DNA from: Gammaproteobacteria bacterium Ga0074134
GTDB lineage: Bacteria > Pseudomonadota > Gammaproteobacteria > Ga0077554 > Ga007554
Direction of reading: 5' to 3'
DNA: 64,000 bases
Assembly (NCBI GenBank): GCA_001464965.1
Contig: LNEJ01000059.1
Span: 5 to 64,004 of the forward strand
Shown here: piece by piece, positions 1 through 11,187 of the stretch
Numbering within the stretch: the first letter of the stretch is position 1
How the letters are laid out: each line of letters begins with the position of its first letter
The notes under the pieces: generated by a model
Told to the model about the DNA's origin: nothing
Seen by the model: the letters and a program-made list of their open reading frames with translations, nothing else
The model's database searches: none
Program-made: the position numbers and the translations under genes

Positions 1-2
1 CC

Positions 3-725
3 TGGAGCGACACCAATGCCTTCGCTACCTATATCGACGGCGGCATCGCCTTCAACAATACCGGCACCTACAACAAGCAGGGCAACACCGTCACGACGCT
101 GCTTGGCGCTTTCAACAACAGCGCGACCGGCATCGTCAACGTCAATGCCGGTACGCTCAACATCGCCAGCAACTTCGCCAACGCGGGTGTGATCGCCGTG
201 GATACTGGCGCCACCTTCCAGGTGAGCGGTACGACCTTCGGCAACACGGCGACCGGGGTGATCCACGGTAACGGCACCGTCGATGCACCAACATCCGGCC
301 TGAGCAACAGTGGCAACATCACGCCGGGCAACTTAATCGGCCATCTCACCATTGCTGGCGACCTGCAACAAACTTCGACGGGCGATCTGAGTTTCGATCT
401 GGCCAGCTTGAGCAGCTTCGATCTGCTGACAGTCATGGGCAACGTAAGTTTGGGCGGCACGATCTCGGTTTTGAACGCGGGTTACTCGCCGATCATCGGC
501 GACAGCTTCAAGGTGATGACCTTTAACGACCGGGCGGGAACGACGTTCAGCAGCCTCAGCGTCAACGGTTTTGGTGCGGGAGTGGACTTCAATGTGGTCT
601 ACAATCCCCAGGACGTGACCTTGCAGGTGACTGCGGTGCCGGAGGCGGAAACCTGGATGATGATGCTGGCGGGGCTGGGATTGGTGGGTTTCATGGTGCG
701 GCGGCGTAATACGCTGGCGGCCTAA
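3..725 (+). CDS. PEP-CTERM sorting-domain surface protein with Gly/Asn/Thr-rich beta-helix (autotransporter passenger-like) repeats; 5' end truncated by the window
   Basis: The frame is open from base 3 (WSDTNAFATYIDGGIAFNNTGTYNKQG...). It ends VPEAETWMMMLAGLGLVGFMVRRR, i.e. PEP-CTERM motif variant, TM helix, basic tail. Confidence 0.85.
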   Translation, partial: WSDTNAFATYIDGGIAFNNTGTYNKQGNTVTTLLGAFNNSATGIVNVNAGTLNIASNFANAGVIAVDTGATFQVSGTTFGNTATGVIHGNGTVDAPTSGLSNSGNITPGNLIGHLTIAGDLQQTSTGDLSFDLASLSSFDLLTVMGNVSLGGTISVLNAGYSPIIGDSFKVMTFNDRAGTTFSSLSVNGFGAGVDFNVVYNPQDVTLQVTAVPEAETWMMMLAGLGLVGFMVRRRNTLAA

Positions 726-763
726 GGAAAACGCCTGAAGATCGTTTATGGGAGCGCACTGGA

Positions 764-1378
764 TCAAGACCCCGCCAGCAACTCCTCCACCGCCGCAACA
801 GCCACGCGCCTTATTGGACGGCCGTCGGTTGGGCTGCGTGGCGCCTGGCGGATGCCGTCCACGGGGAATACCACCAGCTCAATCGCCACATCCTGCGCCA
901 CAAAACGGTAGGAGGGGTAGCTGGCCGGGCTGCCATCCATCAAGGTGATGTGCTTGTCCGCCAGCTCATGAGGGATATGTTTGTGTGCCAAAAATAATCC
1001 TACTTCCTCGGGGACGTCCGTGAATACATGCAGATTGACGGTGCTATGCCCGGTGGCGGTGCCGTTCAATACCGGGCCGACGAGGCGGGGATTGAATTGC
1101 TCCACAAAGCGCATCGCCTGCACAGCGGTCTGGCGCAGTTGCTTGAGTTTGGCGGGTTGCGTATCGGACCTGAAAAGCCGGAGGTACTCTTCCAGTGCCT
1201 GTTCGATCTCGTCATTGCGCGGCAGGTTGCGCGTGTCGGCGGCACCGAGGCGGGCAGCCGCTTTGCGCTTGGCCGCGCCATAGTCATCAACACCCTCTTC
1301 GGCCATGATGCGCGCGGCCTCCATGGCGAGGCGCTGGCGCATGCGCTTATCGGTAGCGCTACCGGCGCGAGAAGTCAT
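764..1378 (-). CDS. Conserved hypothetical protein, degenerate nucleotidyltransferase-like
   Basis: 204 aa. The segment PRLVGPVLNG...STVNLHVF resembles the NTase GS...DxD region. Its start overlaps the mrcA stop (TGATG). Confidence 0.7.
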   Translation of the reverse strand: MTSRAGSATDKRMRQRLAMEAARIMAEEGVDDYGAAKRKAAARLGAADTRNLPRNDEIEQALEEYLRLFRSDTQPAKLKQLRQTAVQAMRFVEQFNPRLVGPVLNGTATGHSTVNLHVFTDVPEEVGLFLAHKHIPHELADKHITLMDGSPASYPSYRFVAQDVAIELVVFPVDGIRQAPRSPTDGRPIRRVAVAAVEELLAGS

Positions 1379-3735
1379 CAGAACAATTGCTCAGGAGCTG
1401 CCGCGCCACCTTCAACACCGCCATCAAGTACCGCGGGTTGCGCTTCACCCTCGGCGGGCACGGCATTTTCAGGGAAAGTCTCCAAAATCGCGCTCGGATC
1501 ATTCGCACCGGCACGCAGGCCGGTAGTGGGATTGATACGCACCGTCACCAGGCCTGGGGGCTGTTCGAGAGAGCGTTCCGGCACGCCGTTAAGCGCCGCC
1601 GCCATGAAGCTCATCCACATCGGCAAGGCAGCAGAACCGCCTGTTTCTTGCGCGCCCATCGGCGTGGGGGTGTCGAAGCCCAGCCAGCTTACCGCTACCA
1701 TGCCGGGATTATATCCGGCGAACCATGTATCACGCTGTTCGTTGGTGGTGCCGGTTTTTCCCGCCAGGTCTTGACGGCCAAGCTGCATCGCGCGCTTGGC
1801 CGTGCCGCGGCGGATTACGTCTTGCATCATAGAGGTCATGAGATAGACATTCTGCTCTGAAATAACGCGCGGCGCGTCCGTGCAGGCGGGGCACACCCTG
1901 GCGGGCTTGGCCTGCATCAGCACAGCGCCTTTCATGTCCTCGATGCGCTCGATGTAGTATGGTTGCACCCGATAGCCGCCATTGGCAAATACGGTATAGG
2001 CGCGGGCCAGGTCGAGCGGCGTGACACTCATGCTGCCCAGCGCCAGCGACAGATTGCGCGGCCAGTTCTGGGTCTGAAAGCCGAAGCGGGAAACATGGTT
2101 GAGCGCGGTTTCAAGGCCCATCGCCTGCAGCAGGCGTATAGAGACCAGGTTGCGCGAGAACACCAGCGCCTCGCGCAAACGCATGGGGCCGAGAAACTCT
2201 TCGTTATAGTTTTGCGGGCGCCAGGTATTGGGATCATTGGCATCTCCAAACATTAGCGGGGCGTCATTGATCAGGCTGGCAGGGGTATAGCCATGCTCCA
2301 GCGCTGCGGAGTAGAGGAATGGTTTAAAGCTGGAGCCGGGCTGACGGATGGCTTGCGTGACGCGGTTGAATTTGCTCCGCGCGAAATCAAAACCACCCGC
2401 CAGGGAGACTATCGCGCCATCATCCGGCTTGATCGCAACCATCGCCCCTTCGACCTTGGGGAGCTGTGCCAAGCGCCATTGACCGCCCTGCACGGGCTGC
2501 AGACGCACCACATCCCCTGCACGGAACATAGCTGCGCTGCCGGGCGCAGCAGCGACAGGCCGGGGCGAAGCACGATAGCCCTGCGCCCAGGCCAAACCAG
2601 CCCAAGGTATCTGAACCTTCCTGCCGTCGGCCAGCGCGACCGAAATAACTTGCGGCTGCACCCCGATCACCACGCCGGGCAGCAGCCCACCCGCTGTTGA
2701 TAGACCCTCTAGTGCCTTGCGCCATTCCTGCGCTCCTGCGGATGCAGGCAGATTGACGTGACGCTCCGGACCACGGTAACCATGTCGCCCATCATAGGCC
2801 AGCACGGCGCCGCGCAACGCTGCGGTGGCAGCGCGCTGGAGGCGGGAATCGAGGGTGGTATAGACCTTCATGCCGGAGGTGTATGCCGCCTCGCCATAGC
2901 GTTCAACTACTGCGGCACGCGCCATTTCGGCGATATCCGGCGCCTCAACCTCGGGGGCCAGCGCATGTAAAGATGCCCGGTCCGGTTCGGCGAGAGACGC
3001 TTGAAATACGTCATCGCCAATGTGCCCCAACTCGTGCAAACGCCGCAGCACGTAGTTCCTGCGCTCCAATGCGCGGGCCGGGGCAACAATAGGGTTGAAT
3101 CGGGAAGGCGCTTTGGGCAAACCGGCGATCATCGCCATCTGCGCCACACTGAGATGCTTGAGATCCGTGCCGTAATAGACCTGCGCTGCAGCGCCAATGC
3201 CATAGGCGCGGTTACCCAGGTAGATCTTGTTCAGATAAAGCTCAAGAATTTCTTCCTTGGTTAACTCGCGGTCAATCTTCATCGCCAGCATTATTTCGCT
3301 GATTTTGCGCGAATAGGTCTTTTCCGAGCTGAGGAAGAAGTTGCGCGCCACCTGCATGGTGATGGTGCTGCCGCCCTGCCCCTTTTCGCCGGTAGTGAGC
3401 AGATACCACGAGGCGCGCAGCAGTCCCTGATAATCGATGCCGTGGTGCTGGAAATAGCGGTCATCCTCCGCCGCCAGCACGGCCTTGACCATAAGATCAG
3501 GCACCTCGGCGAATTTCAGAGGGACACGCTTCATCTCGCCAAACTCGCCGATCAATTTACCGTCATGGGTATACACCCGCAACGGCACTTGCAGGCGCAC
3601 ATCCTTGAGATGCTCGGTGGAAGGGAGCTTGGGGGCAAGATAGGAGTAGATCCCTCCGGCAGCCAGACCGCTCACGGCAAACAGGCCCAACAGCACCAGT
3701 AACACTATGCGCAGTTTTTTCAAGAAATCGTTCAT
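1378..3735 (-). CDS. mrcA: Penicillin-binding protein 1A
   Basis: Transglycosylase motifs EDDRYFQH and GGSTITMQVARN. Transpeptidase motifs SSFK, SRN and KTG. Divergent from pilM. An alternative TTG start lies at 3744. Confidence 0.95.
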   Translation of the reverse strand: MNDFLKKLRIVLLVLLGLFAVSGLAAGGIYSYLAPKLPSTEHLKDVRLQVPLRVYTHDGKLIGEFGEMKRVPLKFAEVPDLMVKAVLAAEDDRYFQHHGIDYQGLLRASWYLLTTGEKGQGGSTITMQVARNFFLSSEKTYSRKISEIMLAMKIDRELTKEEILELYLNKIYLGNRAYGIGAAAQVYYGTDLKHLSVAQMAMIAGLPKAPSRFNPIVAPARALERRNYVLRRLHELGHIGDDVFQASLAEPDRASLHALAPEVEAPDIAEMARAAVVERYGEAAYTSGMKVYTTLDSRLQRAATAALRGAVLAYDGRHGYRGPERHVNLPASAGAQEWRKALEGLSTAGGLLPGVVIGVQPQVISVALADGRKVQIPWAGLAWAQGYRASPRPVAAAPGSAAMFRAGDVVRLQPVQGGQWRLAQLPKVEGAMVAIKPDDGAIVSLAGGFDFARSKFNRVTQAIRQPGSSFKPFLYSAALEHGYTPASLINDAPLMFGDANDPNTWRPQNYNEEFLGPMRLREALVFSRNLVSIRLLQAMGLETALNHVSRFGFQTQNWPRNLSLALGSMSVTPLDLARAYTVFANGGYRVQPYYIERIEDMKGAVLMQAKPARVCPACTDAPRVISEQNVYLMTSMMQDVIRRGTAKRAMQLGRQDLAGKTGTTNEQRDTWFAGYNPGMVAVSWLGFDTPTPMGAQETGGSAALPMWMSFMAAALNGVPERSLEQPPGLVTVRINPTTGLRAGANDPSAILETFPENAVPAEGEAQPAVLDGGVEGGAAAPEQLF

Positions 3736-3833
3736 TGCACTCAAGGAAGGGAAATCGGGTGCCGATAAGGCATGTAAGAGGATGAGGCCTAATTATAAAG
3801 CCTTTAACGGTGATAGACCAACACCTCTTGTAA

Positions 3834-5553
<1,720 letters not shown>

Positions 5554-5557
<4 letters not shown>

Positions 5558-6171
5558 AAATCTCCGACTTGAATCAATTGGACTTCGGCAATGTGGGCAA
5601 GTGGCCCATGCCAACCAAGGTAGCGGCAATAGCGATTGTATGCATCATCGTACTTGCCGCCGGTTTCTGGTTTGACACGCAGGAGCAGATCAAGGTACTG
5701 GGACAAGCCGAGGAAAAAGAAAAAGAATTAAAAGGCATTTTCGAGCAAAAACAAAACAAGGCCGCCAATCTTGATGTTTACCGGAAGCAGTTGGTAGGCA
5801 TCAAAAAATCTTTCGGCACCATGCTGCGCCAGTTGCCCGGAAAAACTGAGGTGGAAGGACTGATAGACGATGTCTCGCAGAAAGGAATCAGTAGCGGCCT
5901 GCAGTTTGATCTTTTCAAACCGGAGCAGGAATCCCCTATTGAGTTCTATGCGGAATTGCCGATAAAAATCAGGGTGGCGGGAAACTACAATGAATTTGGC
6001 GACTTTGTGAGCGGGGTCGCCGCCCTGCCTCGCATCGTCACGCTGCACGACATATCCATAACTTCCGTGTCAGGCAACAAAGATGGCAAGGACAAAAAAG
6101 ATCTGAAGGGCTCATTGGTTATGGAGGCGACCGCAAAGACCTATCGCTACCTCGAGGAGGAATCGAAGTGA
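5554..6171 (+). CDS. pilO: Type IV pilus assembly protein PilO
   Basis: TM helix plus coiled coil; motifs LRQLP, FYAELPI and AKTYRY. Confidence 0.95.
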
Positions 6172-6698
6172 GCTACGCAAGGCTGCGCAACCGCACGGCT
6201 GCATTAACGGTGATCGTCTTTTTACTGGCGGCATGCAGCACCGATCATGTTGAGGATTTGCGCCAATATGTTGCGCAGGTCAAGGCCAAGCACAAAGGCC
6301 CCATAGAGGCGCTGCCCAAAATCGAGCCATTCGTCCCTTATGCGTACCAGGCTAACGACCGACGCGATCCCTTTGGCCCAGCATCGGCAAAAATTATCCA
6401 GGGAGCCTCCAGCGCTCCCGTCATCCAGCTTGATAGCGCGCGCCGCAAAGAGCCACTCGAAGGCTTTCCTCTAGACGCGCTGAAAATGACTGGGACACTG
6501 GAACGTGGCGGCGAAAGATGGGCGATCATCAAGGCTTCCGACGGGAATGTTTATTGGGCAAAGCGCGGCAACTATATTGGCCAGAGTAATGGAAAAATCA
6601 CTCAGATTACCGATACAAAAACCGAGCTTATTGAAGTAGTGCCTGACGGGATGGGGGGTTGGCAGGAGAATCCAACATCTCTGGTAATGGCCGAATAA
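6168..6698 (+). CDS. pilP: Type IV pilus lipoprotein PilP
   Basis: Lipobox LAAC; motifs RDPF and EPLEGFPLDALKMTGTL. Confidence 0.93.
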   Translation: MSYARLRNRTAALTVIVFLLAACSTDHVEDLRQYVAQVKAKHKGPIEALPKIEPFVPYAYQANDRRDPFGPASAKIIQGASSAPVIQLDSARRKEPLEGFPLDALKMTGTLERGGERWAIIKASDGNVYWAKRGNYIGQSNGKITQITDTKTELIEVVPDGMGGWQENPTSLVMAE

Positions 6699-6720
6699 CC
6701 CCCCACAGGGAGTAACAAAA

Positions 6721-8913
6721 ATGATTCAGGAATCAAAAATGGTTAATATCCTTAAAACAGCCAGTGGCGTACCGGGACGCACCAGGGTGCCTATCCTCGC
6801 TGCCGGGATAAGTATCTTCATGGGTCTTTTTTTGATCCATGGCGCCGCCACCGCGGCCGGCCCGCGTCCGGCACCGTCCACCTCGATGGATGCAGTGAGC
6901 TTTTCATCGCTGTCAGGAAGTCAGGTGCAGATCAAGTTCGCGCTTTCCTCTCCCGTCGCGCAACCGCTCAGTTTTAGCACGGACAATCCGGCGCGTATCG
7001 CGTTTGATTTTCCTGACACCGCCAACAAGGTTAACCCAAAGAATCAGCCCATCGGACTGGGCATGGTCAAAAGCATCAACACCGTTGAAGCCAACGGACG
7101 TACCCGTGCGGTACTTAACCTCGTCAAGATGGTGCATTATGAAACTCGTACCGAAGGCAGCAACTTCTACGTTACGTTGAAAGAAGACAGCGCGAGTCCG
7201 GTAACGGCAAACTCCAAACAGGGCGCCACTGGAACGGCCTCTTCAGCGCCGGCTCATGACATAAGCAAGATTGATTTCCAGCGCGGCCCCAAAGGCGAAG
7301 GCCGCGTAATAGCGAGCCTGTCTGACCCCGCCACGGTAGTGGACGTGCGCAGGGAGGGTGGAAAAATCATCGTCGATTTTTCAAATACACAGTTACCAAG
7401 AAACCTTGAACAACGCCTTGATGTGACAGATTTCGCCACGCCTGTGCAAAATATCGAAACCTCGGCGCAAGGCAAAAACGTGCGCATGGTTATCTCCGCA
7501 GCAGGAAATTATGATCACATTGCATATCAGGCTGACACTCGATTCACCCTAGAGGTAAAAGCCATCTCCAAGGAAGATCAAAATCTCAGGGAAAAGCAAC
7601 AACCCACCTACAAAGGTGAAAGACTCTCGCTCAACTTCCAGAATATTGAGGTGCGCGCAGTACTGCAAATTATCGCCGACTTTACGAAGCTGAATATGGT
7701 CACCAGTGATACTGTAACCGGCAATCTGACATTGCGGCTGCAAAACGTACCGTGGGACCAGGCATTGGATATCGTACTCAAAAGTAAAGGCTTGGCAATG
7801 CGCCAAACGGGCAATGTGATTCTCGTGGCGCCCAACGAGGAAGTTGCGACGCGTGAAAAACAGGAGCTGGAATCCAAGAAACAGATTGAGGAACTGGAAC
7901 CCCTGCGCTCCGAGCTGATACAGGTCAATTACGCCAAGGCGGCAGACCTTGCCAATCTTTTGAAATCGAAAGAAAACTCACTTCTCACCAAGGATCGTGG
8001 CAGTGTTACCATCGACGAACGCACCAATACCCTGCTGGTACAGGATGTCGCCGACAAGCTGGTGGAAATCCGCAGGCTTCTTATCAAGCTGGATGTGCCG
8101 ATACGCCAGGTGCTGATCGAGGCACGGGTTGTCATCGCCAATGACACTTTTAGCAAGGATCTGGGTGTGCGTTTCGGGGCCAGTGCAGTGAAGGCCAACG
8201 GCAATGACGGTATCATTACCACGTCGGGAAGCGCTGTCGGCACAGACACCGTTGTGTCGCGCGCCCTGGGAAATCTGCAGTCGAGCGGCCAGCCTTTTCC
8301 TGTGGGCCTGCCATCTCTGCCAAACAGGTTAAATGTAAATTTCCCGGTAGTTAATCCCTCGGCAGGCAGACTGGCGCTCGCCATCCTGGGGTCCGATTAC
8401 CTGCTTGATCTGGAATTATCCGCCATGCAAGCCGAGGGACGCGGCGAGGTCGTCTCCAGCCCGCGCGTCATTACCGCTGACCGCAAAGAGGCAACCATCA
8501 AGCAGGGCACCCAAATCGCCTACATCCGCCCGGGCGGCATAGGTGGCACAGCAACCGTGGAATTCAAGGACGCGCTGCTTAGCCTCAAGGTGAAACCGCA
8601 AATCACCCCGGATGAGCACATCATTATGGATCTTCTGGTCACCAAAGACACGGTGGGGCAAATACTCAATGGCGTGCCCAGCATCGACAAAAAGGAAGTC
8701 AGCACCCAGGTGCTGATTGCCAATGGCGAAACCGTGGTGCTGGGCGGGGTTTACGAGACGGTGCGCAGCAAGAAAGTCACCGGCATTCCCTTCCTCAGCG
8801 AGTTGCCCGGCATTGGCAGGTTGTTCAGAAATACCGGCAACGTGGACGACAAGGTCGAGCTACTGATTTTTGTAACACCAAAGGTTGTGAATGATGCTGT
8901 CAGCCTGCGTTGA
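6721..8913 (+). CDS. pilQ: Type IV pilus secretin PilQ
   Basis: AMIN-like domains, SLNFQNIEVR, and secretin signature IPFLSELPGIGRLFR. Confidence 0.95.
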   Translation: MIQESKMVNILKTASGVPGRTRVPILAAGISIFMGLFLIHGAATAAGPRPAPSTSMDAVSFSSLSGSQVQIKFALSSPVAQPLSFSTDNPARIAFDFPDTANKVNPKNQPIGLGMVKSINTVEANGRTRAVLNLVKMVHYETRTEGSNFYVTLKEDSASPVTANSKQGATGTASSAPAHDISKIDFQRGPKGEGRVIASLSDPATVVDVRREGGKIIVDFSNTQLPRNLEQRLDVTDFATPVQNIETSAQGKNVRMVISAAGNYDHIAYQADTRFTLEVKAISKEDQNLREKQQPTYKGERLSLNFQNIEVRAVLQIIADFTKLNMVTSDTVTGNLTLRLQNVPWDQALDIVLKSKGLAMRQTGNVILVAPNEEVATREKQELESKKQIEELEPLRSELIQVNYAKAADLANLLKSKENSLLTKDRGSVTIDERTNTLLVQDVADKLVEIRRLLIKLDVPIRQVLIEARVVIANDTFSKDLGVRFGASAVKANGNDGIITTSGSAVGTDTVVSRALGNLQSSGQPFPVGLPSLPNRLNVNFPVVNPSAGRLALAILGSDYLLDLELSAMQAEGRGEVVSSPRVITADRKEATIKQGTQIAYIRPGGIGGTATVEFKDALLSLKVKPQITPDEHIIMDLLVTKDTVGQILNGVPSIDKKEVSTQVLIANGETVVLGGVYETVRSKKVTGIPFLSELPGIGRLFRNTGNVDDKVELLIFVTPKVVNDAVSLR

Positions 8914-8968
8914 GCATCGACCGACGCCATGATTGCGTAAAAACCGCTTTTTATCGCTACCAAGTATT

Positions 8969-9000
8969 ACTGAAAAAGCCCAGAGATGGGCTTTTTCAGT
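8969..9000. terminator. Bidirectional intrinsic terminator between pilQ and arsC
   Basis: ACTGAAAAAGCCC-AGAGAT-GGGCTTTTTCAGT: perfect inverted repeat with A/T tracts on both sides, between convergent genes. Confidence 0.85.
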
Positions 9001-9063
9001 TTATGCCCTTACCGCCGCCGGAAAATCGGGGCCGTACGGATTGCTGGCTCCCCTGAATCAAGG

Positions 9064-9417
9064 TTAAAGAATTTCCAACACGGCTTCCGGCGGACGTCCC
9101 GCCGCTGCCTTGCCATTAAACACCACGATGGGCCGCTCAATCAGTATGGGATGCGCAATCATGGCGGTGATCAGATCATCACGTGTCAGCCCTGGATCAT
9201 CCAGCCCCGCTTCCTTGTATGCCGCCTCCTGCCTTCGCATCAATTCGCGCGGTGCCATGCCAAGGAAGGAGAGAATCTTTTTCAGCCCAGCCTTGCTGGG
9301 TGGGTTTTTCAGGTATTCGATGACGAACGGCTCAATGCCTTTGTCCCGCAAAAGCTGGAGCGTTTGCCGTGATTTGCTACAATGCGGATTATGGTAGATG
9401 GTGACATCGGCGCGCAT
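9064..9417 (-). CDS. arsC: Arsenate reductase (glutaredoxin), ArsC/YfgD family
   Basis: Motifs YHNPHCSKSR and LIERPIV. The real start is MRADVTIY; the upstream part of the listed ORF is the antisense of apaG. Confidence 0.85.
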   Translation of the reverse strand: MRADVTIYHNPHCSKSRQTLQLLRDKGIEPFVIEYLKNPPSKAGLKKILSFLGMAPRELMRRQEAAYKEAGLDDPGLTRDDLITAMIAHPILIERPIVVFNGKAAAGRPPEAVLEIL

Positions 9418-9483
9418 GGTGGTTATCCCAGAATGTTGAGTGCTGCATTTTATTTTATCAGGCGCGCCGCCCTTGGATGAGAT

Positions 9484-9867
9484 ATGTTTATGAACAGTGA
9501 CTACAACGTGCAGGTGCAGGCGGAATCGTTTTACATCGAGGATCAGTCTATCCCGGAGCGGGACCAGTATGTGTTTGCCTACCGCATCACCATCCGCAAT
9601 ACCGGGGAGGTGGCGGCCAAGCTCATGACCCGTCACTGGGTTATCACCGATGCCAATGGCAAGGTGCAGGAGGTGCGCGGCGAAGGGGTGGTCGGCGAGC
9701 AGCCGCATCTTAAACCGGGCGATGAATTCCAGTACACCAGCGGCGCGATTATCGAAACCCCGGTCGGCACGATGGAGGGTAGCTATCAGATGGTCGCCGA
9801 TGACGGCGGGCATTTCGACGCGGAAATCTCTCCATTCATGCTCGCCGCACCGCGCGTGCTGCACTGA
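9484..9867 (+). CDS. apaG: ApaG (Co2+/Mg2+ efflux-associated) protein
   Basis: Motifs RHWVITD, GEGVVGEQP and YTSG. Confidence 0.93.
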   Translation: MFMNSDYNVQVQAESFYIEDQSIPERDQYVFAYRITIRNTGEVAAKLMTRHWVITDANGKVQEVRGEGVVGEQPHLKPGDEFQYTSGAIIETPVGTMEGSYQMVADDGGHFDAEISPFMLAAPRVLH

Positions 9868-9942
9868 AAGCTCCGGATTAAATGGACGAGGTCGCTGATT
9901 TCATGATAAAAACCTTATCTCCTGCCGCGGATTGAGACGACC

Positions 9943-10245
9943 ATGCACAACTTCCCCTGCCCGCGTTGCGAGGCAAACAGCATAACCCTCAAAGACAAGT
10001 TCCGCGCGGGGTTGTGGGTACCCATCTTTTGCAGCAATTGCGGCGCGAAATTGACACCCGTGCCTATTCTGCTGGGACTGCTGCACGCCATCTATGTCTG
10101 GAATGTTTTGTGGATGTATGCCACCTTCAAGTTCGACCTCACCGTGTGGTGGTACCCCATCGTAATGGTGGAGTGGGGTGTGCTTGAGCTGTTAAGCATC
10201 TGGTACATGCCGCTCGCCGTGCTGCGATCCGACCCTCGCCAGTAA
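9943..10245 (+). CDS. Small membrane protein with CxxC-x20-CxxC zinc-ribbon-like N-terminus
   Basis: CPRC, exactly 20 residues, CSNC, then two hydrophobic segments. Confidence 0.7.
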   Translation: MHNFPCPRCEANSITLKDKFRAGLWVPIFCSNCGAKLTPVPILLGLLHAIYVWNVLWMYATFKFDLTVWWYPIVMVEWGVLELLSIWYMPLAVLRSDPRQ

Positions 10246-10255
10246 GCCCGTCCCC

Positions 10256-11170
10256 ATGGCGCGGATACTCGGTGTCGGCATCGCCACCCTGGACATCATC
10301 AATACCGTGGATGGCTTTCCCGCGGAAGATAGTGAGGTGCGGGCCTTAGCTCAACGTATATGCCGTGGCGGCAACGCCACCAATACCCTGGCAGTGTTGA
10401 GCCAGTTGGGGCACGCATGTGCCTGGGGCGGCGTGCTGGCGGATGAACCCGATGCCAGGCGCATCCTTGATGATCTTGCCCGCCACCGCATCGATACGAG
10501 CGCTTGCCGCCAGGAGGCGCAGGGCAAGGTGCCTGCCTCGTACATTGTGCTGAACCGGCGCAACGGTTCGCGCACCATTATTCATTACCGTGACCTCCCC
10601 GAATACAGCTTTGCTGACTTCAGCCGCATCGATCTGTCCGGCTTTGGCTGGTTGCACTTCGAAGGCCGCGCGGTTGACGAGACACGGCGCATGCTGGAAC
10701 GGGCCCGCGCCGAAGCGCCGCACACTCCGTGTTCGGTCGAGATCGAAAAACAACGCGACGCTATCGAGAACCTGTTTCCCCTCGCCGATGTGCTGTTGTT
10801 CTCGCGCAACTATGCCCGGTCATGCGGCATCGAAGATGCTGGCGCTTTTTTGCGCCACGCACGCCTCCTGGCACCCCATGCCGACCTGGTGTGCGCCTGG
10901 GGTGATAAGGGAGCATATGGCCTGACGCAGGATGGAACGGCGCACCACAGCCTTGCCTTTCCACCCGCTACGGTGGTTGACACCCTGGGTGCGGGCGACA
11001 CCTTCAATGCGGGCATCATTCATGCCCGTTTGAACGGTTATACCTGGGAACACGCCTTACGATTCGCCTGTGAGCTTGCGGGAAAGAAGTGCGGGCGGGT
11101 GGGGTTTGATATCCACGCACCAACCACCCTCACCCCAACCCTCTCCCGCCTTGCGGGAGAGGGGGTGTAA
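10256..11170 (+). CDS. PfkB-family kinase, ketohexokinase-like
   Basis: Motifs RGGNATN, WLHFEGR, SVEIEK and VVDTLGAGDTFNA. Confidence 0.88.
   Translation: MARILGVGIATLDIINTVDGFPAEDSEVRALAQRICRGGNATNTLAVLSQLGHACAWGGVLADEPDARRILDDLARHRIDTSACRQEAQGKVPASYIVLNRRNGSRTIIHYRDLPEYSFADFSRIDLSGFGWLHFEGRAVDETRRMLERARAEAPHTPCSVEIEKQRDAIENLFPLADVLLFSRNYARSCGIEDAGAFLRHARLLAPHADLVCAWGDKGAYGLTQDGTAHHSLAFPPATVVDTLGAGDTFNAGIIHARLNGYTWEHALRFACELAGKKCGRVGFDIHAPTTLTPTLSRLAGEGV
11125..11165. repeat. REP-like palindrome, copy 1 (inside the kinase 3' end)
   Basis: CACCCTCACCCCAACCCTCTCCCGCCTTGCGGGAGAGGGGG; 39 of 41 bases identical to 18071-18111. Confidence 0.85.
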
Positions 11171-11187
11171 AACAGACTTGCTTCCTG

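Noticed and set aside
8913-9064. Absence of aroK-aroB after pilQ, and of rsmD after the M16 pair
   Set aside because: Ordinary synteny breaks with no sequence trace of an insertion event.
9418-9864. N-terminal extension of the 266-aa ArsC ORF
   Set aside because: It is the antisense of apaG. ArsC homology starts at 9417.
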